Positions 9,002 to 18,135 are shown, counted from the stretch's first letter. The stretch: DNA of 64,000 bases from an uncultured bacterium (GCA_963974725.1 CAXBFC010000001.1:471-64470); one strand, 5' to 3'. Numbers and translations: made by a program. Notes: a model not told the origin generated them from the letters alone.

Positions 9002-11652
9002 CGCGCGACGACCTTGAGCTCGCCCACTAGTTCGACCTTCTTGCCCGCGATGCCAAGCTGGTATTTGCCCGCGGCAAGAAACTCGACGTCCGCGAGGAAG
9101 TAGGGCTTGGCACTGGTGCGACGCTCCACAACCAGATCCCACAAGAACTGGTTGAGCCCGCGCCTGCCGTTGATCGAGTGCGTAAACCGCACCACGCCCT
9201 CACCATCGGCAACGGTCAACGTCACCGCGGCAGCTTCGGCCAGGAAGAACGTGATCGGCACGCGCTCCTCGGAGCTGCGACGCGGCCGTGGCGTCAGGTC
9301 GTCGGATCGTGGGCGATAGGCAGTCGGAATCGCGAGCAGCGAGTTGCGCGCTGGACGGTTCTGCAACCACCAGTGCAAGGGCTTGAGGTCCAGGCGATAG
9401 ATGCCACGACCATGGGTTCCTGCAATCAGATCTAGTTCGCGTTCTTGGATCACCAGATCTGCAACCGCCACGCCGGGCATGCCACGTCCCAACAAGGACC
9501 AACTGCTGCCGCGGTCGATGGACACGTACACGCCGCGATACATCGCCGCATAGAGCACATGCTCGAAGCGAGGGTCTTCAACGATGGCATACGCCACTTC
9601 GTTGGGTAGGTTGCCGCGGATCGATGTCCACGTCGCACCGCGGTCCTCGGACACGAACAGGTGCGCGCCCAGGTCGTCGTAGTTGAGGCCCGTGACGGTG
9701 ACGTAGACCCGCGCGTCTTCAAATCGAGAAGCACAGATGCTGCGGATGTAGAACGGCGGCAGCCCCTGCGAACGTTCCGACCAGTCCTCCCCACCGTTGT
9801 CGCTGACCCAAAAGGCGCCGCGATCGGTGCCACAGTAGAGCAACCCAGCCCGCAGTGGCGACTCGGCCAACGCACCGGCGGCCGTGCTCGCGCGGGCCTC
9901 GGCAGCGGACTGCGAAAGGTCTGGGCTGATGACGCGCCACGAATCGCCGCGATCCGGACTGCGCAAGACGAAGTTGCCGCCGTGATAGAGAACGCGATGG
10001 TCGTGCGCCGACACGAGGTACGGCGCAATGAAGTTGTGCTGCAACTTGCCAACATGTTCGCGCGGCAAACGCGGCGCGATCGACTTCGAGCGATTGCTCG
10101 GCACATCCTTGCGGCGCAAGCCACCGTGCTGGCTCGAGAAGTAGACGGTGTTGGCATCGACGGGATCCGGCACCGTGTAGCAACCATCGCCACCGCACCA
10201 TGGATCGAGCCAAACGTATTCCCAGAGGTCCGGATCGGTGGATCCGGGGCGGCGTTCGCGCGCCGGACCGCGCACCGACGCGTTGTCCTGCACCCCGCCA
10301 TAGACGAGATACGGATCGCTGTTGTCGACGGCCACATCGTAGAACTCGCCAACCGCCAGATTGTTGTGATGCAACCACGACCGGCCGCGATCCAGACTGG
10401 TGTAGAGGCCACCATCGTTGCCGAGGATCAGCTGGTTGGGATGCGCTGGATCGATCCACATCTCGCAGTGGTCGAGGTGCAAGGTCTGGGCCGGGCTTGG
10501 CACCCGATGCGTCACCTCTCCACCGATCAATTCGAACGTGCGGCCACCATCGGTGCTGTGGGCAATGCGAACGCCGAGCGCGTAGATCTCATCATCATCC
10601 AACGGATTGAGGTAGCAGTCGGAGAAGTACCAGCCGATTCGCGAGTTGATCTGCAGGTCTTCCTGATGCGTTCGCAACCAGCTCGCGCCACCATCGAGGC
10701 TGCGATACACCTCACCGGGGTTCTGCTCACGATTGAGGTTGTCGACAAACGCGTAAACCTTGTCCGGGTTCGTCGCCGACACGGCCAGCCCGATGCGGCC
10801 CGTCTTCGGCCCATCGGGCAAGCCGCCACCGAGTTTGGTCCAGGTGCGCCCGCCATCGGCGCTGCGATGCACAGCACTCGAAGCACCGCCAACGGTGGGA
10901 TGGTTCTGCCACATGGATGCGTAGACGACTTCAGGCTGCGACGGCGCAATGACGACGTCGACGGCACCGGTGTGCTCATCGACATACAACACGTGCTGCC
11001 ACGTCTTGCCGGCGTCCGTGGTGCGGTAGACTCCTCGGTTCTTGTTGCTCGACCAGAAGTGCCCGAGCACCGCCACGATTGCGGAATTGGGGTCCGTTGG
11101 GTGCACGGCGATCTCGCCGATGTGCCACGAATCGCATAGCCCCACATTGCGCCACGACTCACCACCATCGCGAGACAAGAACACGCCGGTGCCCGGCATC
11201 GTAAAGTTGCGCGGTTTCTTCAAGCTCTCGCCCGAGCCAAGCCAAAGCACTTGCGGGTTGCACGGCGCCAACGCGATATCGCCAATCCCGATCGCCGACT
11301 GCTGCTCAAACATGCACCGCCACGACAACCCACCGTTGGTCGTCTTCCACAGATTGCCCGAGCCGAACGCGGCGTAGATCGTGCCTGGAGACGTCGGATC
11401 GCCTTGCACCGCCTCGACGCGCCCCGAGTTGAGCACGGGCCCCAACGACACCCACGTAAGCGCAAACTCCGAAGCCTGCTTGGCCGCGCGGTATTGCGCA
11501 AACGAGGCGACTAGCGGGCTATCTGGCGATTGGCCCCCTGCTGATTGAGACTCTGCTGATTGAGACTCTGGCGATTGAGACTTTGGCGATTGGGCCTGGG
11601 CCGCTGCTACGCACGACCACAACAAGAGAATGACTAGGTAACGATGCGGCAT
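8998..11652 (-). CDS. sortilin/Vps10-like BNR-repeat beta-propeller protein
   Basis: ORF 8998..11733. The internal ATG at 11652 gives the signal peptide MPHRYLVILLLWSCVAAAQA. Repeated SxDxGxTW motifs. Confidence 0.85.
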   Translation of the reverse strand: MPHRYLVILLLWSCVAAAQAQSPKSQSPESQSAESQSAGGQSPDSPLVASFAQYRAAKQASEFALTWVSLGPVLNSGRVEAVQGDPTSPGTIYAAFGSGNLWKTTNGGLSWRCMFEQQSAIGIGDIALAPCNPQVLWLGSGESLKKPRNFTMPGTGVFLSRDGGESWRNVGLCDSWHIGEIAVHPTDPNSAIVAVLGHFWSSNKNRGVYRTTDAGKTWQHVLYVDEHTGAVDVVIAPSQPEVVYASMWQNHPTVGGASSAVHRSADGGRTWTKLGGGLPDGPKTGRIGLAVSATNPDKVYAFVDNLNREQNPGEVYRSLDGGASWLRTHQEDLQINSRIGWYFSDCYLNPLDDDEIYALGVRIAHSTDGGRTFELIGGEVTHRVPSPAQTLHLDHCEMWIDPAHPNQLILGNDGGLYTSLDRGRSWLHHNNLAVGEFYDVAVDNSDPYLVYGGVQDNASVRGPARERRPGSTDPDLWEYVWLDPWCGGDGCYTVPDPVDANTVYFSSQHGGLRRKDVPSNRSKSIAPRLPREHVGKLQHNFIAPYLVSAHDHRVLYHGGNFVLRSPDRGDSWRVISPDLSQSAAEARASTAAGALAESPLRAGLLYCGTDRGAFWVSDNGGEDWSERSQGLPPFYIRSICASRFEDARVYVTVTGLNYDDLGAHLFVSEDRGATWTSIRGNLPNEVAYAIVEDPRFEHVLYAAMYRGVYVSIDRGSSWSLLGRGMPGVAVADLVIQERELDLIAGTHGRGIYRLDLKPLHWWLQNRPARNSLLAIPTAYRPRSDDLTPRPRRSSEERVPITFFLAEAAAVTLTVADGEGVVRFTHSINGRRGLNQFLWDLVVERRTSAKPYFLADVEFLAAGKYQLGIAGKKVELVGELKVVAR
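11523..11597. repeat. 15-bp tandem repeat x5 (ctggcgattgagact-like) in the 5' coding region of the sortilin-like gene
   Basis: Five consecutive 15-mers. On the minus strand they encode QSPKSQSPESQSAESQSAGGQSPDSP immediately after the predicted signal peptide. Confidence 0.9.
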
Positions 11653-11750
11653 GATGGGGACACGGATTGCCGGGCAAGAACGTGCAACCACGGCACGCCA
11701 GGCAAGCAGCCATGATCCACGCGTGGCCGGCAAATCGCTAGACTTGCCTC

Positions 11751-12179
11751 ATGCTCAAGAACGCCATCTATCTCGCGACAGGTGCTTTGCTGTTCGCCCA
11801 GTCTGGGTTGGCCCAGGCCCCGTTCAACCAGACTCCGCTCCACCCGGCCAGAGAACCCCGGGCCACAGACCTGCAAGCACCCGTTCGCATTCTGGCCGCA
11901 GGCAAGCCCATCGATGTGACGACTGGCCACGCGGCGCCCTACGTGCGCGACTGCGACGGTGACGGGGTCCGCGACCTGATCGTCGGCGAGTTCGGCGACG
12001 GCAAGTTCCCCGATCACGAGTTGCCTGAGTGCCTCGCCGAAGGCTGGAAGAAGGGCGGCCGGTTCGCCAATGGACGACTGCGCGTCTACAAGAACCACGG
12101 CACCAACAGCCAACCGCGCTTCGAAGACTTCGAGTATCTGGAAGCGGGTGGCGACATCGCCACAGTACCGATCACTTGA
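11751..12179 (+). CDS. FG-GAP/VCBS repeat secreted protein, N-terminal part (ends at in-frame TGA)
   Basis: Signal peptide MLKNAIYLATGALLFAQSGLAQA and CDGDGVRDLIVGEFGDG motif. Same reading frame as 12183..13055, separated only by TGA and one Cys codon. Confidence 0.7.
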   Translation: MLKNAIYLATGALLFAQSGLAQAPFNQTPLHPAREPRATDLQAPVRILAAGKPIDVTTGHAAPYVRDCDGDGVRDLIVGEFGDGKFPDHELPECLAEGWKKGGRFANGRLRVYKNHGTNSQPRFEDFEYLEAGGDIATVPIT

Positions 12180-12182
12180 TGC

Positions 12183-13055
12183 TTGAGCTTCTGTCCACAG
12201 TTCGTGGACTACGACGCCGATGGCTTGACCGACATCCTGACGGGTTCTTATACCGGCCAGTTCTACCTTTTCCGCGGCCAAGCGAACGGCAGCTACGCGC
12301 AACGGGAACTGCTCGTCAACGAAACCGGCGCGACCCTGCTGATGCCGTTCGACACGGTCTACTCCGTCACTGCAGAGTTGGTGGACATGGACGCCGACGG
12401 TGACCTCGACCTGATCGTCGGGGCTCGTTCGGGCACGGTGCAGGTCGTCACCAACATCGGTACCAGAAAGGCGCCGATCTGGTCGAAGGATCGCAGCCCA
12501 CTCAAGACGACTGCCGGAATCGAAATCAAGGGCAGCAACGCCCACCACGCCGACTGGGACGGGGATGGCCTTCGTGATCTGATCGTCGGCAGCGAGCACG
12601 GCGAAGTACGCTGGTATCGCAACACCGGCAAGAACGATGCGCCGCGCTACGCAGCAGCCAGCGTCCTGGTGCGCCAAGCCGGGCACAGTCGTCAGGAAGA
12701 AGGCTCGACGCCAACCGCACACGGCCAACGCGTCAAGGTGCACGTCACCGACTGGAACGGCGACGGCTTGGTCGACCTACTCGTGGGCGACGTCACCTGG
12801 CAGCAATCGACGCCCAATCCGCTCAACAAGGCGGAAGCAGCCAAGAAGCAGAAGCTCGACAGGGAGCTATCGAGTGTTCGCAGCAAACTGGCGAGCACGG
12901 CCAAGGGAGCCGCGCGCGACCAGTTGCAAGAACAGGTCGACTCCATTCGCAAGAAGCTCCGCCCATACAATCGCACCAAGTCCCACACCCACGGTTGGGT
13001 TTGGCTCTACTTGCGAACCGGCAAGGCGAGTGAAGCGAGCGTCGATCGCCGCTAG
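12183..13055 (+). CDS. FG-GAP/VCBS repeat protein, C-terminal continuation of 11751..12179
   Basis: DYDADGLTDIL, DMDADGDLDLIVG, DWDGDGLRDLIVG, DWNGDGLVDLLVG repeats. No signal peptide, only a TTG start directly after the upstream stop, no intergenic space. Confidence 0.7.
   Translation: MSFCPQFVDYDADGLTDILTGSYTGQFYLFRGQANGSYAQRELLVNETGATLLMPFDTVYSVTAELVDMDADGDLDLIVGARSGTVQVVTNIGTRKAPIWSKDRSPLKTTAGIEIKGSNAHHADWDGDGLRDLIVGSEHGEVRWYRNTGKNDAPRYAAASVLVRQAGHSRQEEGSTPTAHGQRVKVHVTDWNGDGLVDLLVGDVTWQQSTPNPLNKAEAAKKQKLDRELSSVRSKLASTAKGAARDQLQEQVDSIRKKLRPYNRTKSHTHGWVWLYLRTGKASEASVDRR
12193..12209 (+). other. 17-nt stem-loop GTCCAC-AGTTC-GTGGAC 13 nt downstream of the in-frame TGA (bSECIS-like candidate)
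   Basis: Perfect 6-bp inverted repeat with a 5-nt loop containing GU. The apical loop starts 19 nt after the UGA. Confidence 0.3.
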
Positions 13056-13140
13056 GCTTCTTGAGGCTGGATCAGAATCAGCCGATCGCGTCACGCGACC
13101 GGCATCGTGAAAGCCTGGATCTCGACTCGGACCGAACGCG

Positions 13141-15039
13141 ATGAACACCCCCCAACAGATCCGTTTGTCGCTGGCGCTTAGCAGCCTGTTTGCGTGCAGC
13201 GGCCTCGCGCAGCAGCAAGCGCGCCCGGACAGCGCGAGCACTGCCATCGCTCGATTCACGTTCGATGGCAACACGGCAAATGCGGGCAACGAATCGATCT
13301 CCGGTTCCCCGAGTAATTCCGCCGTCTTCGTGCGCGGCATCGAGGGTCGCGCGCTGCGTTTGCGATCCGGGAACGCAGCCGCGACCTTCACGATCCCCAG
13401 CGCCGACCTGCCAACCGACCCGAGCCAGGACTTCTCCGTGCAATTCTGGACGCGCACCACTGCGCCCGCTGACGCACGCATGGTCCTGCTGTCGCAGAAG
13501 CGCTACCAGGACAACAGTCTCCTGGCGCAGAAACAACCGGGCTGGGTGTTCTACCTGTCCGACGGCACGTGGGCGTGGAACATTGGTTCGGGCAAGCGCC
13601 GGCTGACCTACGAACGCGACAACGGCGAGCACATGCCATTGAACGACGGTGCCTGGCACCAGCTGACAATGACCTACGACGCCGACGTCTCGCAGGTGCG
13701 GCTCTACTACGACGGCAGCAACAAGGCGATCTACAACGTCGCTGACGCAACCGGCTTTGACTTCGCTGCGTCGCAGCCACTGCAGGCTGGCTGGGCCGAG
13801 ACCGAAGCGCGTCCGCTGCCTGAAATCGTGCCCGCAATCGCCGCCGGAGCGGCAACCCTGCAGAAGCTAGTCGACGCATTTGACTCGTTCGCACTGGACG
13901 CGGTCACCCCCGACGAGTTCGTCAAGCTGATCGTTGAGCCCAAGACCTTGTTCGAGCAGAAGGTGGCTGCGCGAGGCAAGCAACTTGGCAGCGACGGCGA
14001 ACGGTTCGTCGCATCGATGCGTGGTGCCGACTTCCAGCGCGTCTCGCGCATCGAGTCGCAATTGATGCGCAACCCGTACACCATCCACCAGGCGTTCTCC
14101 TTCATGGAGGCCGCGCCGCTGCTCAAGCTCTACGCGCTGGTCGACGGCAAGGTCACGACCGACAAGCGCGTCGCTAAGATCTTCAGTGACCGCGAACGAC
14201 TGCACCCGAGCAACTTCGACCTCGACAACCTCGCCGTCTGGCAACGCGTTCTGCCGGCAGAGGAAGTGCGCCGGTCGTATGCGGCCCACATCGAGTCCGT
14301 CGAACCCGTCGAGGGCAAGCCCAGGGCCAAGCTCGATTCGCTGACAACTGGTGTCTGGAACATCTTTCACGGCGGCAAGCACTTCACCGTCGACGAACAC
14401 GGTTGGGACTCGCGCGTGGCAATCGCGCAGATCATCGCACGGGAACAGATCGACGTCGTGATGATGCAGGAGACCTACTCCAGTGGCGATTTCCTCGCAG
14501 CTGAGCTGGGCTACTACTTCGCGACCACGGTCGACTGGGACTACCTCAACCAAGGCGCAAACATCTCGGTGCTGAGCCGCTACCCGATCCGTGAAGTATG
14601 CGTGCCCGATGCTTCCGCGTTCATGAACGTCGCCGCCAGGATCTCGATCAGCGACACGCAGGATGTGTGGGTCATGTCGAACTGGTACGGCATGAATCAG
14701 TTCGACAACGTATTCGCCTTCCATCGCAGTCGCTTCGCCGAGGCCGCGACCACACCGGTGTTCTTTGGCGGTGACTTCAACGCGATCCCGCACACCGATG
14801 GCGGCTCAAGCCCGGCCTCCGAGGCGATGCAGAAGGCGGGCTTCACTGACGCATACCGCAGCCTGTTCCCGGATGTATCCAAGTTCCCTGGCGCCAGCCA
14901 TCGCAGCAACCGACGCATTGACCAGCTGTATTTCCAAGGTGCTGGCGTGCAGCACCGCGCGACGAAGCTGATCAACAGCTGGACCAAGGACTTCCCGTCG
15001 GACCACTACCTGATTCGTTCGCAGTTCGCGCTACGGTAG
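13141..15039 (+). CDS. secreted LamG/concanavalin-like lectin domain + endonuclease/exonuclease/phosphatase (EEP) family protein
   Basis: 632-aa ORF with signal peptide. N-terminal LamG-like region (FSVQFWTRT...WHQLTMTYD...VRLYYDG). C-terminal EEP motifs (VWNIFHGG, VVMMQE, FFGGDFN, SDHYLI). Confidence 0.8.
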   Translation: MNTPQQIRLSLALSSLFACSGLAQQQARPDSASTAIARFTFDGNTANAGNESISGSPSNSAVFVRGIEGRALRLRSGNAAATFTIPSADLPTDPSQDFSVQFWTRTTAPADARMVLLSQKRYQDNSLLAQKQPGWVFYLSDGTWAWNIGSGKRRLTYERDNGEHMPLNDGAWHQLTMTYDADVSQVRLYYDGSNKAIYNVADATGFDFAASQPLQAGWAETEARPLPEIVPAIAAGAATLQKLVDAFDSFALDAVTPDEFVKLIVEPKTLFEQKVAARGKQLGSDGERFVASMRGADFQRVSRIESQLMRNPYTIHQAFSFMEAAPLLKLYALVDGKVTTDKRVAKIFSDRERLHPSNFDLDNLAVWQRVLPAEEVRRSYAAHIESVEPVEGKPRAKLDSLTTGVWNIFHGGKHFTVDEHGWDSRVAIAQIIAREQIDVVMMQETYSSGDFLAAELGYYFATTVDWDYLNQGANISVLSRYPIREVCVPDASAFMNVAARISISDTQDVWVMSNWYGMNQFDNVFAFHRSRFAEAATTPVFFGGDFNAIPHTDGGSSPASEAMQKAGFTDAYRSLFPDVSKFPGASHRSNRRIDQLYFQGAGVQHRATKLINSWTKDFPSDHYLIRSQFALR

Positions 15040-15053
15040 TTCGGGCAACCCCG

Positions 15054-16682
15054 ATGAACTCCCTTGCCTCACGTTTCGCCGTAGGGCTTGTGCTCGCCGC
15101 CATCGCGCAGGCGCAAGACAACAAGCCCAACATCATCCTGTTCCTCGTCGATGACATGGGGTGGCAGGACACGTCGGTGCCGTTCGCGGACCAGCCAACG
15201 CCGTGGAACCAACTCTACCGGACGCCGCACATGGAGGACCTCGCGCGGCGCGGTGCGAAGTTTACGCAAGCGTACGCCGCGCACCCCGTTTGCTCGCCAA
15301 CACGGTCGAGCATGATGACCGGCAAGAACCCAGCGCGCAGCCACGTCGACGACTGGGTTGGCCATGGCTACACCAGCAACAAGTATCTGCGCTCGCCCAA
15401 GTGGGCAGCACTTGGCCTGCAACCAGGGGGCCCGAACGCCTACTTGCCCGAACTGCTCCGGAAGAACGGCTACCGAACGATTCACGTTGGCAAGGCGCAC
15501 TTCGGCGGCAAAGACACTGCCGGCGCGGACCCGACCACGCTCGGCTTTGACATCAACATTGCCGGGTCGCACACCGGTGGCCCATGGGGCGGATGGATCT
15601 CGCCGTGGTTGGGGAAATACAAGGACGTCTACCCCAACCTGCACGACCGCCCGAAGGGGGAATACCTGACGCGCGCCATCACCGTGAAGGCGATCGAGAC
15701 CATCGATGATGCGATTCGGGACGACGTGCCGTTCTTCCTCAACATGGCGCAGTTCGCCGTGCACACCGGCATCGCACCGGCACCGGACTACATCGATGGC
15801 TATCAGGACGGACGGCCCAAAGTAGAGGCCGACTACGCATCCATGCTCGAAGCGATGGATGCGTCGCTCGGCTCCCTGCTAGCCAAGTTGCGCGACCCGA
15901 ACGGGGATGGCGACCCAAGCGACAGCATTGCCCAGAACACGTTGGTCTTGTTCACTTCCGACAACGGTGGCCTCTCCAACCACACCCGCGCTCGCGACGG
16001 CAAGATCCAGGTTCGGCCGGATCAGGGACAACCGGTGCAAGCCGACTTCGAACGGGACTGGCACAACCGGCCGCTGCGCAGCGGTAAGGGCTCGGCGTAC
16101 GAAGGCGGCACGCGGGTGCCGATGCTCGTCGCTTGGGCAGGGCAGCAGCCCGGTGCCAAACCCGTGCACGCATCGCTGCCAATCGCACCTGGCTCGACGG
16201 TCACGGAGCCAGTGCACATGGATGACTTCTTCCCAACGGTGCTCGATCTTGCAGGGGTCGCCAACCCAGTGCCGAAGCCGGATCGCGACGGCCAGAGCTT
16301 GGCGCCACTACTAGCTGGCCGCTCGTTCGAACGCGAGACCCCGCTGTTCTGGCACTACCCCCATCAGTGGTACAAGGACGTCGGCGTGGGCCTTGGCATT
16401 GAGCCATTCAGTGCCATGCGCAAGGGCCGCTACAAGGTCATCTACTTCTATGGCGATGGTGTTGCGGATGGCGCAGGCTACGACCCACGCGTCGAACTCT
16501 ACGATCTGTCGCTCGACTTGAGCGAGGCGCACGACCTTGCCGGGAGCGAAGCAAAGCGCTGCATCGCCCTGCGTGATGAACTCGTAGATTGGCTGCAGCG
16601 CGTTGGTGCCGGCATCCCGATCATCAAGGCCACGGACAAGCCGGCCGCGCTTCCTGCCGCAGGAAGCCCACTGCACCAGTAG
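15054..16682 (+). CDS. sulfatase (formylglycine-dependent arylsulfatase family)
   Basis: 542-aa ORF with signal peptide. NIILFLVDDMGWQD and the CSPTRSSMMTG (C-x-P-x-R) signature. Starts 14 nt after the upstream gene. Confidence 0.9.
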   Translation: MNSLASRFAVGLVLAAIAQAQDNKPNIILFLVDDMGWQDTSVPFADQPTPWNQLYRTPHMEDLARRGAKFTQAYAAHPVCSPTRSSMMTGKNPARSHVDDWVGHGYTSNKYLRSPKWAALGLQPGGPNAYLPELLRKNGYRTIHVGKAHFGGKDTAGADPTTLGFDINIAGSHTGGPWGGWISPWLGKYKDVYPNLHDRPKGEYLTRAITVKAIETIDDAIRDDVPFFLNMAQFAVHTGIAPAPDYIDGYQDGRPKVEADYASMLEAMDASLGSLLAKLRDPNGDGDPSDSIAQNTLVLFTSDNGGLSNHTRARDGKIQVRPDQGQPVQADFERDWHNRPLRSGKGSAYEGGTRVPMLVAWAGQQPGAKPVHASLPIAPGSTVTEPVHMDDFFPTVLDLAGVANPVPKPDRDGQSLAPLLAGRSFERETPLFWHYPHQWYKDVGVGLGIEPFSAMRKGRYKVIYFYGDGVADGAGYDPRVELYDLSLDLSEAHDLAGSEAKRCIALRDELVDWLQRVGAGIPIIKATDKPAALPAAGSPLHQ

Positions 16683-16733
16683 CGCCACCTCGGCGCTCGG
16701 TTCAGCGAGGCTAGAACTGGGGGACAAGACTGT

Positions 16734-16798
16734 GTGGCAGGATTGGGTGGCAGGATTGGGTGGCAGGATTGGGTGGCAGGACCGGGCCGCAGGATTGC
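16734..16798. repeat. 13-bp tandem repeat x5 (gtggcaggattgg), intergenic
   Basis: Three perfect and two degenerate copies between the sulfatase stop and the next start codon. Confidence 0.85.
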
Positions 16799-16881
16799 GA
16801 CAGCTTCCGGCCGCAGAACCATGGATCCACCCATGCAATTGCGCGAGAGTGGGCCCGTTCCAACCCCCAAAAAGAACCACC

Positions 16882-18114
16882 ATGCTCCCGAGTCCCACCT
16901 ACCTGATTTCGTCAACGGTTCTCTGTGTCGCGGCTGCGGTCGCGCCAACGCCATGCCTCACGGCCCAAAGCCACGAGCACGGACACTCTCACCACGCCGC
17001 TAGCGCCAACGAGAATGGCACCGGTTCCCTGGTCACGATCGAGCAGGTGCTCGAGATGCAGCAGAACCAGCAGGTCGTTGCCCATGCGGGTACGGGCGCC
17101 ATCAAGGCGAGCAGCGGCGACGGCGACCTGTCGTTCGATGTGCTGGTGACTTCCAAGGCACTGCCCAAGGAAGTCTTCGACGAGAACCCGTTCGCCAAGA
17201 AGCGCAAGATCCTGGACTGCGCCCACGGCGGTTTTGCCTTCGACCATCGCTTGGGAAAGGGCGAGGTCTATTGGTTCTTGCAAGGTGCCGGTGCCATGCG
17301 CATCCACACGGATCGCTCGAAGATCGAACTGCTCGCCACCGACCCGAAGATGGTGAAGTTCAATATGCACAACGCGACGTTCTTCGAACACAAGGGCGAA
17401 GGCCGCATCGCGTGGCCTGCGAACGGCGGCGCTAGCGTGTTCGTGACCGATGTCGACGGCAAGCTGCTACACACCATCGGCCGCCCGACCATGAAGCCGT
17501 ATTCCGACGGCGCCGGCTACGCGCCCACGGACACCGCGTATCTAGATGGCAAGCTGTGGGTCACCGACGGCTATGCATCCAAGTTCGTGATGTCTTACGA
17601 CCTCGACAAAGAGGATTGGACTGGCACGATCTTCGGCGGCCGTTCGAAGAAGGCCGAGCCCGGCAAGTTCGGAACCAACCACGGCATCACGATCCACAAG
17701 GGTCTGATCTACGTGTCGGGTCGCTACTTCGCCCGCATCCACACCTACAAACCGAGCACCGAGTTCGTCAGCATGTTCCCGCTACCCGAAGGATCGAAGC
17801 CGTGTGACTTCGAGTTCTTCAAGCAGGGTGGCAAGCTCTATGGGGTCGCCGCTTCGCTCAACAAGGCCAACGGCAGCAAGGACACCGGGGCCGCGATCTA
17901 CATCGTCGACATGGAGACCCTGAAGATCGTCTCGACGATCAAGCCAAAGGACGAACTGGGACTCAGCCGATTCACCCACCTGCACAACGTCTTCCCGTGT
18001 GTAGAGGACGGTGTCGTGACGCTGTTTTGCCAGGCATGGAACGTCGGCGACTTCGCCGTGCTGCGCCAGGTCGCCCCCCAAAAACAAGAGGCGAAGAAGC
18101 AGGCAAAAAAGTAG
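16882..18114 (+). CDS. secreted hypothetical protein, probable beta-propeller (NHL/SMP-30-like), His-rich N-terminus
   Basis: ORF 16603..18114. ATG at 16882 gives MLPSPTYLISSTVLCVAAAVAP followed by HEHGHSHH. The upstream extension runs through the tandem repeat and is not protein-like. Confidence 0.7.
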   Translation: MLPSPTYLISSTVLCVAAAVAPTPCLTAQSHEHGHSHHAASANENGTGSLVTIEQVLEMQQNQQVVAHAGTGAIKASSGDGDLSFDVLVTSKALPKEVFDENPFAKKRKILDCAHGGFAFDHRLGKGEVYWFLQGAGAMRIHTDRSKIELLATDPKMVKFNMHNATFFEHKGEGRIAWPANGGASVFVTDVDGKLLHTIGRPTMKPYSDGAGYAPTDTAYLDGKLWVTDGYASKFVMSYDLDKEDWTGTIFGGRSKKAEPGKFGTNHGITIHKGLIYVSGRYFARIHTYKPSTEFVSMFPLPEGSKPCDFEFFKQGGKLYGVAASLNKANGSKDTGAAIYIVDMETLKIVSTIKPKDELGLSRFTHLHNVFPCVEDGVVTLFCQAWNVGDFAVLRQVAPQKQEAKKQAKK

Positions 18115-18132
18115 GGCGCAGCAACAGCGCCC
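18114..18132 (-). terminator. hairpin GGGCGC-AGCAACA-GCGCCC between convergent genes; on the minus strand it is followed by UAC-UUUUUU
   Basis: 6-bp GC stem read directly. Run of six T on the minus strand 3 nt after the stem. Overlaps the stop codon of the plus-strand gene. Confidence 0.45.
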
Positions 18133-18135
18133 AGC

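Noticed and set aside
12177-12179. Global reassignment of UGA (to Trp or Gly) as the explanation for the in-frame TGA in the FG-GAP gene.
   Set aside because: Several well-supported genes in the window terminate at TGA with sensible C-termini and coupled downstream starts (for example the stops at 23468, 24967 and 63238). The standard code therefore applies, and only local recoding or a pseudogene remains plausible.
13645-13660. A possible sixth REP copy: GTGCCTGGCACC, a 12-nt core identical to REP copies c and e, inside the LamG-EEP gene.
   Set aside because: It lacks the GTAC and AAGTAACAC flanks and sits in frame coding for DGAWHQL within a conserved LamG motif. Most likely a chance match of a short GC-rich palindrome.
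16603-16881. Upstream extensions of ORFs offered by the track. The ORFs are 16603.., 37031.., ..20169, ..22636, ..28793, 46236.., 50003.., ..53368, ..11733 and ..62013.
   Set aside because: In each case an internal ATG gives a canonical signal peptide, Tat motif or lipobox. The upstream extension is Arg/Pro-rich, runs through repeats or REP elements, or overlaps the neighbouring gene. The internal starts were used.
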